A stretch of 64,000 bases of DNA from an uncultured bacterium (GTDB lineage Bacteria > Zixibacteria > MSB-5A5 > GN15 > FEB-12): assembly GCA_965372795.1 (NCBI GenBank), contig CBDVDR010000017.1, positions 14,796 through 78,795 on the forward strand, given 5' to 3'. Both the position numbers and the translations under genes were made by a program. Below are positions 10,333 through 19,346 of this stretch, piece after piece. The notes beneath the pieces are model-generated. The model ran no database searches and was not told the DNA's origin. It worked only from the letters and a program-made list of their open reading frames with translations. The first letter of the stretch is position 1, and each line of letters opens with the position of its first letter.

Positions 10333-11166
10333 ATGGAATTTGATAACATTTTAGAAAAACTAATTGAGTGGGGTGCACTATACGGCACCAAAATTATCGG
10401 TGCCTTTGTAATTTTAGTCATTGGGAGAATTGTTACAGGAATAATTTCAAAACTTGTTCATCGACTTATGGTAAAATCAAGTTTGGATAATGCTCTGGTA
10501 CAATTTGCTACAACTCTGACAAGAATCACGATGTTAACTTTTGTAGTTCTGGCTGCGTTAAGCTCACTTGGGGTTGAAACAACTTCTTTTATTGCTATAT
10601 TGGGTGCTGCCGGTTTAGCGATTGGTTTTGCTCTGCAGGGATCGTTATCTAATTTTGCTTCGGGAATCATGTTGATTATTTTCCAACCCTTCAAAAGTGA
10701 AGACTTAGTTGAAGCTGGAGGGCATCTTGGGGTTGTAAGAGAAATTAATGTTTTTCATACTGTCATAATTTCATTGGATAATAAAAGAATTATAATACCT
10801 AACGGTAAAATTACAGGTGATAGCATTATAAATTATTCAGCTGAAGGATCTCTTCGTGTTGATATGGTTTTTGGTATCGCATATCATGATAATATCAGCA
10901 AAGCAAAAGGTATATTGGAAGACATCTTAAAAGCTGACGGCCGTGTTTTAGACGATCCGCCATTTACGGTTGTGGTAAAAGAACTGGGAAACAGTTCGGT
11001 TGATTTTGCAGTCAGACCGTTTGTTAAAGTTGCAGACTACTGGGCTGTGTATTATGATACAACCGAAAAGGTGAAAAAGGCTTTTGACGAAAAAGGTGTT
11101 ACGATACCATTCCCTCAACGCGATGTTCATTTTTACAAAGATTCAACCGAACCAATTTTGGAATAA
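10333..11166 (+). CDS. mscS: Small-conductance mechanosensitive channel
   Basis: GAAGLAIGFALQGSLSNFASG, IIIPN and IPFPQRDVH motifs. Confidence 0.93.
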   Translation: MEFDNILEKLIEWGALYGTKIIGAFVILVIGRIVTGIISKLVHRLMVKSSLDNALVQFATTLTRITMLTFVVLAALSSLGVETTSFIAILGAAGLAIGFALQGSLSNFASGIMLIIFQPFKSEDLVEAGGHLGVVREINVFHTVIISLDNKRIIIPNGKITGDSIINYSAEGSLRVDMVFGIAYHDNISKAKGILEDILKADGRVLDDPPFTVVVKELGNSSVDFAVRPFVKVADYWAVYYDTTEKVKKAFDEKGVTIPFPQRDVHFYKDSTEPILE

Positions 11167-11167
11167 T

Positions 11168-11292
11168 AGCCCGTAGGGCAGGACTCTTTAGCAGTTTTGC
11201 CAATCAGCCCGTAGGTCAGGTCTCTTTAGCAGTTCTGCCAATCAGCCCGTAGGTCAGGTCTCTCTTCTCTTGGAGACCTGATCTGCATACTG
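11168..11292 (+). repeat. 38-bp tandem repeat of a GTAG REP half-site ending in a full REP palindrome
   Basis: AGCCCGTAGG(G/T)CAGG(A/T)CTCT starts at 11168, 11206 and 11244; the third copy closes TCAGGTCTC..GAGACCTGA. Confidence 0.85.
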
Positions 11293-11329
11293 TATTTTTC
11301 ATAAAATAAATCATTTTCTTCTAAAAAAA

Positions 11330-11480
11330 TCCGTGTAACTCTTTAATTTATTTAGCAATACAGCGAAATGGGTTCGTTTCAACACTTCGTGTTTTTGACT
11401 CTGGCGAAACTTGCATACATGGAGTGATTTTCAAAATGGGTTCGTTTCCTCATTTTTATACTTGCGTATACTTCGAATGT
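11330..11480 (-). repeat. Dispersed structured non-coding element, inverted homolog of 33232-33440
   Basis: Reverse complement aligns with 33232-33335 (CGAAGTAT.CG.AAGTATAAAAA, AAACGAACCCATTT, CAAGTTTCGCCAGAG) and with 33393-33440. Confidence 0.8.
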
Positions 11481-11539
11481 TCTTGATACCGTAAATATTG
11501 TTTTCAAATACATTCTTATTTTTTATTTGAAATAAAACT

Positions 11540-11857
11540 CCCGTAGGTCAGGTCTCTCTTGGCTTCGAGACCTGATCTGCATCCTGTATTCTCAAAGTAT
11601 AGTTTCTTAGTTTTTCTCATAATTTTAGACATAACTTACCGTTCCTCTTTTCATAGAGAGGTATGAATTCTTATTCACTAATGAAATGATGTTGAATTTG
11701 TAAGTGAGTGAAGGAAGATTTCTTCGTAGGGTTCAGGCATGCCTGAACCATTTTGTGGGCGGCAGACGCCAACCACACCTCGTGTGCTCGTCTGCCCCAT
11801 CTTCACAATAATCGGGTGCCCCACTCCTTGGGGTGGGTTTCTATTCATCTTAACCAA
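11540..11857 (+). repeat. REP-like palindrome cluster (four different families)
   Basis: 11540 CCCGTAGGTCAGGTCTC..GAGACCTGATC; 11726 GTAG plus perfect palindrome GGTTCAGGCATGCCTGAACC; 11755 GTGGGCGGCAGACG..CGTCTGCCCC; 11814 GGGTGCCCCACTCCTTGGGGTGGG. Confidence 0.8.
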
Positions 11858-12065
11858 CTGAACACATCAGTACTATCTAGACATACTCTACTTCTACTTG
11901 ATATGAATATATTAATAATTATTGACAAAAAATTTCAACATTATATCTTAATATTGAAACACGCACATCATAGTAGTCACATTTAAAGCTTGATTGACAT
12001 AAACCTAACTTAAGAGTTGTCTTTTGAAAAGATTGTAATTCAACACTTTCAATAGTGGAGGAGAT

Positions 12066-13421
12066 ATGTTAAATATTTCGGAATGTCAATCAGATCTCAA
12101 TGAAGAAGAAATATTACAATGTCACTCAGAACTCATAGAGGACCTAAACTTTTTCCAAAGCACAGAATTTACAACCAAATTTCGCGATAATTTTAATTTA
12201 AAAAAACTTACACGAAAAAAGGGTATTAATGATCTGCAGAATAGAATTTCGAATTTCAGTTCAGAACCTTATTGTCATCAATTGTACTCATACATTGATG
12301 AATTAAGGATGTGGGGCAAACAACAAATTTTTTTATATAAATTTAAACCTGCTGATAAAAATGACACCTTTCTAAATGAGCTCTCCAAACCGGCATATAT
12401 TCAAGAAAATTTAAAGAATAAAAACGTCGAAAATGTATTTGAAAATAATATTTGTTACTTAAAATCTGAAAAGCCTATTTTGGCTCATGTATATTACGAA
12501 AACAAAAATAATAAAACTGTTAAATTGATATTCAAATGGATAATGACTCGCAAGTACTTTAAACTTGTTGGTAAAACGTATATGCCAAGAGAAATACGAT
12601 CGACCAGTTTTTTTGTTGTAAATTTGCTTGATGGCTTCGCAGAAATACGTCTACAACAATTACCACCCAACCCAAATTTGAATCCGATGCAAGAACGCGA
12701 TATGTATATAAAAGAAATTAACAAATATATCGACTTTCATAAATTTTCGTTGATAGAACTTAAACCGATTATGGAAATAATTCTGAAAAAAGCAATCTTT
12801 ACAAATAAAGCTGTAAATATTGTAAGTAGTAATAAGCCAGGTCATTTAATTTTTAAAAATTTATTTCCACGGTTTTACAAACACCCTGTTGCTAATAGTG
12901 TTTCAGCATATTGGACTTGTAAACAGGACATTATAGGTAAATCAAAAATTAATTTTACATTATTTAGAGAAAGTAACAGCATTAAATTAACGGGTGTAGT
13001 TGATCCTAAAAAATTAAATAAAATTTTAAATAAAATTTATGAAATCCATGAAGGTAATACTGATCCAATCGATCATATTCCATTTATAAGAAATGGTATT
13101 GTAGGTACAACGCTTAAACTTGTAGAAAATAAAGAAAAAACTGAGACTGTCCTGGTAACAACAGGGAGCCTCGGCGCATTTCTAATTTGGACTTTATGGG
13201 AGTTTTTGGTTGAATATATTAACCTTAAATTAACAGAACAGATTACTTGGCTCGATACAAATTATACTAAAAGTGTTGTAGAAATTTCATATATAATATT
13301 GTACTATGGAATTGACCGGATTATTCTTAGCATAAAATTTCTATTTATTCAAAGTCCTTTTAAGCTCATAAAGTTGATTGCGGATTCAAAAAATAAGAAG
13401 ATTACAGATTTGAGAACATAA
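12066..13421 (+). CDS. Hypothetical protein with C-terminal hydrophobic helices
   Basis: 451-aa ORF with GGAGG RBS and upstream TTGACA; AT-rich; no family recognised. Confidence 0.75.
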   Translation: MLNISECQSDLNEEEILQCHSELIEDLNFFQSTEFTTKFRDNFNLKKLTRKKGINDLQNRISNFSSEPYCHQLYSYIDELRMWGKQQIFLYKFKPADKNDTFLNELSKPAYIQENLKNKNVENVFENNICYLKSEKPILAHVYYENKNNKTVKLIFKWIMTRKYFKLVGKTYMPREIRSTSFFVVNLLDGFAEIRLQQLPPNPNLNPMQERDMYIKEINKYIDFHKFSLIELKPIMEIILKKAIFTNKAVNIVSSNKPGHLIFKNLFPRFYKHPVANSVSAYWTCKQDIIGKSKINFTLFRESNSIKLTGVVDPKKLNKILNKIYEIHEGNTDPIDHIPFIRNGIVGTTLKLVENKEKTETVLVTTGSLGAFLIWTLWEFLVEYINLKLTEQITWLDTNYTKSVVEISYIILYYGIDRIILSIKFLFIQSPFKLIKLIADSKNKKITDLRT

Positions 13422-13553
13422 GATTATTGTTTAAGAGAACAGAAAAGATGGGACATTGCCATACAAAATGATTTGTCACTATAATAGTTTTACTGATCCG
13501 TTTGATGTATCCGACAAACCATGCGTTTAAGCAACTACATACCATTGTCCCAA

Positions 13554-13597
13554 GGGTGCCCCACTCCTTGGGGTGGGTTTATGTTCATCTCAACCAA
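13554..13597 (+). repeat. 44-bp direct repeat of 11814-11857
   Basis: First 27 bp identical, 3 mismatches over 44 bp. Confidence 0.9.
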
Positions 13598-13821
13598 TAA
13601 ATCACATTCAATATCGACCCCACCGCAAACAACACCCACGCCAATCGAAACAAGTTGTAACCAAGCGGAGTAAACATCGCTTTATGCTTTTTCATGTTTT
13701 GCATGTCAAGCTTCACTGTCTCTCCGGGTGGATTATCCATTTTAAGTTTGTGGGTTGATACTGCCATCAGAATGAAGGCACAGAACCAGCATAATAGTGC
13801 GAGCACGAGAAGTATTTCCAT
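13585..13821 (-). CDS. Small two-TM membrane protein
   Basis: 78 aa, two hydrophobic segments, GAGGA RBS upstream. Confidence 0.6.
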   Translation of the reverse strand: MEILLVLALLCWFCAFILMAVSTHKLKMDNPPGETVKLDMQNMKKHKAMFTPLGYNLFRLAWVLFAVGSILNVIYWLR

Positions 13822-13861
13822 CGTCAGTCCTCTTTATAAATCCTGCGTTTATTTAAGTTTG

Positions 13862-14422
13862 TTATAAAATAGTATCTACATCATTAATAAAAAGCCTAAG
13901 AATATCCCCTTTGTTTAATCCTTTATTTGAATGCCCTAAATCTTTCCTTATTGCAAACAATAACTCTTCTAAACTTAGTAGCAGTAATGGACTTTTGGGA
14001 TCAGTTGCTGTTATTGTAGTTTGTCTAAATGCAACGAATGAATTTACAACTTGATCACCACCCCAAGGTATTAACTCTTGCATAAAACCTACTAAAAATG
14101 CTATAATTTCTTCATTTGTTTTTTTCTTTTCCTTTAACTCACCTGCAAATAAAGTATCAAATATAAAGTATATAAATTTTGTATAAATATCTCTTTTTTT
14201 CTCACTTTGCTCTTCTCTGATTATTTTTTTCTTCTCATATAAATTTGCAATTATTAATGAAAATACAGAAATCATTATTGTTCCACTAACTGCCACTACT
14301 GCGATAACTATATCATTATTCATACTCAAAATTTTATCTAAAACTAATTCGATTATTTTATAAATAAAGAATCCTGAAATTATTACAACAATAAGACTAA
14401 AAAACATACTACTATTTTTCAT
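13862..14422 (-). CDS. Hypothetical membrane protein (2 N-terminal TM plus helical domain)
   Basis: 186-aa AT-rich ORF with AAGGA RBS; hydrophobic N-terminus. Confidence 0.7.
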   Translation of the reverse strand: MKNSSMFFSLIVVIISGFFIYKIIELVLDKILSMNNDIVIAVVAVSGTIMISVFSLIIANLYEKKKIIREEQSEKKRDIYTKFIYFIFDTLFAGELKEKKKTNEEIIAFLVGFMQELIPWGGDQVVNSFVAFRQTTITATDPKSPLLLLSLEELLFAIRKDLGHSNKGLNKGDILRLFINDVDTIL

Positions 14423-14446
14423 AAATCCATCCTTCTATTAAAATTT

Positions 14447-14510
14447 GAGCAGGTTAGAAGCCCTACGCTCACGACAATTGTTTGGCAGCATCACAGGGAT
14501 GCCGCCCTAC
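14447..14510 (-). repeat. Two GTAG REP-like elements between islet genes
   Basis: Reverse strand reads GTAGGGCGGCATCCCTGTGATGCTGCC (14510-14484; same family as 10118 and 28636) and GTAGGGCTTCTAACCTGCTC (14466-14447). Confidence 0.7.
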
Positions 14511-14515
14511 TTGAA

Positions 14516-16237
14516 TTAAGACACTCTATCCTGAAAGTAATATTTAATGATTTTTACATTTTCATCAATTTCCTCAAAATTACTAAACAAAACTGAGGTA
14601 TAGTTTAATTCCATAAATATTTCTGGTAATTCAGTGGCAGCTAAACCTGGTAATATCACTAATAGAATTTCTTTTTGTTCAAATTTATCAGAATGAAGAT
14701 ATTCAATTAATTTTCTATAAAGAGATTCATCAATATTTGAATCAATAAAAAACAAAAAGGCTAAACTATTGGAAATATAACTTTCTGCTAAATATCTATT
14801 TGGGTCAAAACTTTCTAAGAAACTATCAGAATACGTCATGTGATTATAGCCAGACTCATTAAACATTTCAATTAATTTTGACAAGAATTCTTGAGGTATT
14901 GATTTCTCATTAAATATACTAACTCTAGAAAATGATTTAAGTTTTTTAGAATAATTTTCTTTCTTTCTTTGAGTCATCAGGAATTGAGTTGTTGTGGTTC
15001 TTTTGATGTCGTTTGACAACCACTCTTCACCAAATCCGGAACTTAGCAATTTGTATAATTCTGGATCAGAGTTACATTTCTTTGCAATAATTCTAATTTT
15101 ATCATCAGGTGAGTCAATTGGAATTTTATTTTTATTTATCCATTCTATAATTTCTGCACATAGATATTTGTGTTTAATAAGTAAATCAAAGATATATTCC
15201 CACCTTGATTGTAAACTTCTTGAAATTGCAAAGTATCCTATTGGAATTTTATCATCTTCATTCGAATTTATTTCATTAAATATCTCACAATCAATAAGAA
15301 GATTATTTACGAATCTAATAGTTGTTCTTGGATTGTTTCCGCACGCTGTACCAATAATTGGCAAAATTACTTTAAATGCATCACTATTCTCTATCTCTAA
15401 TTGCTCAATCAAACTATTTGAGAAGTTTTCCATTCGTTGGTCATGAGGTGGAATTGGAAAAGGTAACTGCACCATTTTGTCTAAGTATTTACTCCCCTCG
15501 TCACCTTTTAGCCCAAATTCTTTCTCAAACCTATGTTGCAAATATCCTTCAATAATTGTTCTGGCAACTCCAAGTATGAATACGAAACCCTTTTGTGATA
15601 GAACTAATTTGATGCTTTCAAGTAGCTTGACAGCGTTATCTGGAAAACATCTATCCAAATCATCTATTAGTACTACGACTTTGAATTCAGAATCAATCTC
15701 AATCTTTGAAAGAGTTTCAAATGCATCAAAATATAAACTTTTATCAAGCAAAGGATCAGTTCTCTGTTTATCACTATGATCGATCATATCTTTCGCAACA
15801 AATCCTGCTTCTATTTCAGCAAAACCCGGAATCTTTATTTTTGATTTTGCCGAAAATCCATAGGCAACTGCTTTTAATCCTCTAACAAAAGATTTAAGTT
15901 GTCCTTTAAGCTTTTGGTCTTCACTTTTAAAATTTTCTAATCCTTGTACAATAGTTGCAACAAGGGGTACAATAGGATGATCTTCCTGTTCAAAACGCCA
16001 GGCATTAAACCAAATCGTAATAATATTATTATTTTCCTCTAAATGCTTTTGAGTCAGTCTCAACAGGCTGGTCTTGCCTGAACCCCATTCACCGAATACA
16101 CCTATCGTAAATGGTCCGGTCGTTCCAGCCGCCGCATCGCCTAAAACTTTTGCATAAGTATGAAATCCAAGCCCATCTGTCTTAGAGTTATCATGCTCGC
16201 CGATTGCTTGATCTGATAATAATTTGAGTTTTCCCAT
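14516..16237 (-). CDS. KAP-family P-loop NTPase with a C-terminal TIR-like domain
   Basis: DGLGF, Walker A GEWGSGKT, WFNAW, Walker B LIDDLDRC, YLDKMVQLPF, NPR; last ~140 aa has an alternating beta/alpha TIR-like pattern (less certain). Confidence 0.85.
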   Translation of the reverse strand: MGKLKLLSDQAIGEHDNSKTDGLGFHTYAKVLGDAAAGTTGPFTIGVFGEWGSGKTSLLRLTQKHLEENNNIITIWFNAWRFEQEDHPIVPLVATIVQGLENFKSEDQKLKGQLKSFVRGLKAVAYGFSAKSKIKIPGFAEIEAGFVAKDMIDHSDKQRTDPLLDKSLYFDAFETLSKIEIDSEFKVVVLIDDLDRCFPDNAVKLLESIKLVLSQKGFVFILGVARTIIEGYLQHRFEKEFGLKGDEGSKYLDKMVQLPFPIPPHDQRMENFSNSLIEQLEIENSDAFKVILPIIGTACGNNPRTTIRFVNNLLIDCEIFNEINSNEDDKIPIGYFAISRSLQSRWEYIFDLLIKHKYLCAEIIEWINKNKIPIDSPDDKIRIIAKKCNSDPELYKLLSSGFGEEWLSNDIKRTTTTQFLMTQRKKENYSKKLKSFSRVSIFNEKSIPQEFLSKLIEMFNESGYNHMTYSDSFLESFDPNRYLAESYISNSLAFLFFIDSNIDESLYRKLIEYLHSDKFEQKEILLVILPGLAATELPEIFMELNYTSVLFSNFEEIDENVKIIKYYFQDRVS

Positions 16238-16328
16238 TTTCCCTCTCGTTTATGAGGATTAGTTTTAGCCTCACATTTTATTTAAATGTACAAACAAGTC
16301 CCCCACAAATCAAGACCTTTCCCACCAC

Positions 16329-16472
16329 AAAAAAAGGCAGTCCGCCTTGGTGGACTGCCCTACTTAAATCTAACACTGGATTCCTGCTTTCGCAGGAATG
16401 ACAATTTGCTTTACATGCGAAGCAATAGACTAACCTCGTTAGTGGCTATGCCACTCGACACATGCGAAGCAT
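16329..16472 (-). repeat. Palindrome cluster downstream of the DUF35 gene: GTAG REP/terminator, GTCATTCC-type palindrome and small hairpins
   Basis: GTAGGGCAGTCCACCAAGGCGGACTGCC plus T-run (16363-16329); TGTCATTCCTGCGAAAGCAGGAATCCAG (16403-16376); CATGCGAAGCA x2; ACTAAC-CTC-GTTAGT; AGTGGC-TAT-GCCACT. Confidence 0.75.
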
Positions 16473-16495
16473 CAAACCGATTATATCGGTGTCAC

Positions 16496-16897
16496 CTAGT
16501 ACCATTTGGGGACGAATTTGTGTCCATAACTGATCACGCCATGATGCGCCTCTTTCTGGACCAGTCGGAATTCCAAACGGACTTCCATTCCGATCTTGAC
16601 TTCCTCAACATCACAATCCGTCATCTGTCCAAAGACACGAGTACCATCGGTCAGCTCAACAATTGCCAACGCATAAGGACCCAAATCACCCCATTCTGCA
16701 GGAGCAATCCGTATCACAGTAAAGGTTACGATCTTGCCGGTATCAGGAAGGACCACCGTTTCCGATTCGGTCTCGCCTGTTTTGGGATCGATCAAGCGTT
16801 TTGGAAAATATACGTTTCCGCTTTCTTTGAACTTGCATGCTTCACGGCGGTAACGCTGGGGATATTCACGCCAGTTACGAGAACTAAACATAGTCAT
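16496..16897 (-). CDS. DUF35 family (rubredoxin-like ribbon plus OB-fold) scaffold protein of the thiolase/HMG-CoA synthase complex
   Basis: WREYPQRYR, GKIVTFTVI, PYALAIVELTDG and GVISYGHKF; TAATG overlap with the thiolase gene. Confidence 0.9.
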   Translation of the reverse strand: MTMFSSRNWREYPQRYRREACKFKESGNVYFPKRLIDPKTGETESETVVLPDTGKIVTFTVIRIAPAEWGDLGPYALAIVELTDGTRVFGQMTDCDVEEVKIGMEVRLEFRLVQKEAHHGVISYGHKFVPKWY

Positions 16898-18057
16898 TAC
16901 GCCACCTCCATGATATGGACAACCGAAGAACCACCGGAACCACCCATGTTCTGAGTCATGCCGATTTTAGGTGAGCCGGGAATCTGACGCCCGTTCTCAG
17001 CCTGTCCGGTTAACTGTTTGTACGCTTCGACCATTTGTGCAACACCGGTTGCACCGACCGGATGACCTTTGGATTTCAAACCGCCGGATGAGTTCATCGG
17101 GAACTTGCCATCAAGTGCGGTTTCACCGGCAAGGATCGCCGGACCGGCTTTACCCGGTTCAAAGATTCCGATAGATTCAGCGACAATTATTTCAGCAATA
17201 GTGAAACAATCATGCACTTCGGCAAACTGCATATCTTTGATAGTTTTGCCAGCCATCTTAAATGCCCGATCAGCGGCGATAGTAGCGGCTTTGATGGTTG
17301 TCATATCTTCACGCTGGGCCAGCTGAATGGTATCAGTGCCGACACCGGTGCCGATGATTTTGATATATGGTTTACCAAGTTTCTTGGCAACTTCTTCAGA
17401 TGTTAAAATAACAGCTGCGGCACCATCGGTGATTGGTGAACAGTCTAAAATATGAAGCGGATCGGCAACCATGACAGAATTGGCGACCTGTTCCATTTTA
17501 AGTTTGAACGGATACTGTGCCACCGGATTCATCGAACCGTTAAAATGGTTCTTCACTGCTACAGCCGAAAGCATATCACGAGTCGTGCCATACTTGGCAA
17601 TGTGAACATTCGCCATCATAGCATAGAGTCCCGGGAAGGTTGCGCCGTGGAAAACTTCATATTCCTGATCGGCGGCGGCGGCAAGTGCCTGAGTGGCTTC
17701 TTCACCGTCACAGTCGGTCATTTTTTCAACTCCGGAAGCCATCACGATGTCTGACATCCCTGAGGCTACTTCGATAAAGGCTGCCCGGATTGCCATTCCG
17801 CCCGAGGCACAAGCTGCCTCAACGCGCATCGCCGGTAATCCCGACATACCCATGTAATCAGTTAACAATGAAGCCAGATGTTCCTGTCCGACAAACATAC
17901 CACCGGACATACAACCGGTATACATTCCGTCAAGATGGTCAACTCCAGCATTTTTTATCGCTTTAAGAGCGGCATCGGTGTGGAGATCACGAAGTGACTG
18001 TCGCCATACTTCGCCCCACTTACTCATACCAACGCCAACTACACAAACATCTCTCAT
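16897..18057 (-). CDS. Acetyl-CoA acetyltransferase (archaeal/SCP-x-type thiolase)
   Basis: EAACASG (catalytic Cys), [28 protein letters not shown] 18057 chosen because the GGAG RBS overlaps the GTG at 18066. Confidence 0.92.
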   Translation of the reverse strand: MRDVCVVGVGMSKWGEVWRQSLRDLHTDAALKAIKNAGVDHLDGMYTGCMSGGMFVGQEHLASLLTDYMGMSGLPAMRVEAACASGGMAIRAAFIEVASGMSDIVMASGVEKMTDCDGEEATQALAAAADQEYEVFHGATFPGLYAMMANVHIAKYGTTRDMLSAVAVKNHFNGSMNPVAQYPFKLKMEQVANSVMVADPLHILDCSPITDGAAAVILTSEEVAKKLGKPYIKIIGTGVGTDTIQLAQREDMTTIKAATIAADRAFKMAGKTIKDMQFAEVHDCFTIAEIIVAESIGIFEPGKAGPAILAGETALDGKFPMNSSGGLKSKGHPVGATGVAQMVEAYKQLTGQAENGRQIPGSPKIGMTQNMGGSGGSSVVHIMEVA

Positions 18058-18068
18058 ATCATTCACTC

Positions 18069-19118
18069 CTAATCGTTCTTGATGATTTTGTGTCTGAACT
18101 TGGCGTAGGTGCCATAGTCGATGTAGGTCAAATTCTCCTCGAGAAGCTTTTGGGTTTTAACCGCAAGGTCTCGTACTTCGTTGATGCGATCAGTTACTTT
18201 CCAGATGAAAGCATCCGATCCCGCACCCGAACCATAGGAGCACATAAAGATCATGTCGCCCGGCTGGGAAACATCCAATGTAGCCGTTAAGCCGATTGGT
18301 GAGGCACCCGAGTAGGTATTACCCAGTGTCGGAGCCAGCCAGCCCGGATCAATCTGTTCCTGCGTGAAGCCAAGTTCAAATGCGACGCGCTGGGGGAATT
18401 TACCGTTAGGCTGATGGAAAATAGCATATTTGAAATCAGATGGTTTCATTCCGGCTTTTTCCAATATAGCATTTGATGCTCCTTTGGTGTGAGCAAAGTA
18501 AGCTTCTTCACCGGTGAATCGTCCGCCATGCTGGGGATAGAACTGGTGTTCTCTCCGCCAGAAATCAGGCATATCGGTCATGTATGAATGAGTATGTTCA
18601 ATTGATGCGATCACATTATCATTACCCATAATAAAAGCACCGGCACCGGCAGCAGCAGAAAATTCAAGGGCATCCGAAGGAGCACCCTGAGAGGTATCAG
18701 CTGCGATTGCCAGAGCATATTTCATCTCGCCTGCTTTGATATGGCTAAGAGCAACATACATTGCCTCTGAACCGGCTTTACAGGCAAATTCAAAATCAGC
18801 ACAATGAATATCCGGGGTCGCGCCGAGTGCTTCGGCAACAGTTGTACCGGATGGTTTTACGGCGTACGGATGAGATTCCGAGCCGATATAAATTGCTCCG
18901 ATATCTTTTGGATCAACTCCCCCGGAACGCTTGAATGCGTTACGGGCAGCCTCTACAGATAACGTAATGGTATCCATATCCGGCGGAGGGACAGATTTTT
19001 CACGAAGCATCAGTCCTTTTTTGTAACTTGGGGCATCGGCTCCCCATACCTTAGCGATCTCTTCCACCTTAATCCGATGTCTGGGAAGATGGGCGCCATA
19101 GCCAACAATTCCTGCCAT
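18069..19118 (-). CDS. Hydroxymethylglutaryl-CoA synthase, archaeal type
   Basis: [38 protein letters not shown] and SYGSGAGSD; 349 aa. Confidence 0.92.
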   Translation of the reverse strand: MAGIVGYGAHLPRHRIKVEEIAKVWGADAPSYKKGLMLREKSVPPPDMDTITLSVEAARNAFKRSGGVDPKDIGAIYIGSESHPYAVKPSGTTVAEALGATPDIHCADFEFACKAGSEAMYVALSHIKAGEMKYALAIAADTSQGAPSDALEFSAAAGAGAFIMGNDNVIASIEHTHSYMTDMPDFWRREHQFYPQHGGRFTGEEAYFAHTKGASNAILEKAGMKPSDFKYAIFHQPNGKFPQRVAFELGFTQEQIDPGWLAPTLGNTYSGASPIGLTATLDVSQPGDMIFMCSYGSGAGSDAFIWKVTDRINEVRDLAVKTQKLLEENLTYIDYGTYAKFRHKIIKND

Positions 19119-19346
19119 AAGAGCCTCTTATATTTTATAGTTCTATTTAAGTGTCCAATTTCAAAAAACGTACGAAATTCAATAATAACCGTTTCTATGC
19201 GAAAAACAAGTTTCGGACGATAAATATTGTGAAAATATTATTTATGTGATCTTAAAAAATGTTTTATAAGAGGGCTTTACAATTTGAAAAGCAGGATAAT
19301 ATGGGTAATAAATTAATTCAAACCGATGTAATTAGTAAGGTTCAGG

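Noticed and set aside
11168..11281. 38-bp repeats as CRISPR
   Set aside because: Head-to-tail units without spacers
11753..11986. ORFs 11753-11986 and 28390-28572 sharing WAAD.NHTSCARLPH
   Set aside because: The shared peptide is just the translation of the same REP palindrome; no convincing RBS or coding signal
13449..13552. 10-bp imperfect inverted repeat (TGGGACATTG / CATTGTCCCA) as MITE ends
   Set aside because: Short, single occurrence, no target-site duplication; compatible with chance
13822..13870. Integron attC site after the 13862-14422 gene (TATAAC at the stop)
   Set aside because: No complementary GTTRRRY box or attC-like stem before the next gene; no IntI in the window
16286..16954. 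222-aa plus-strand ORF
   Set aside because: Antisense shadow of the DUF35/thiolase genes running through palindromic repeats
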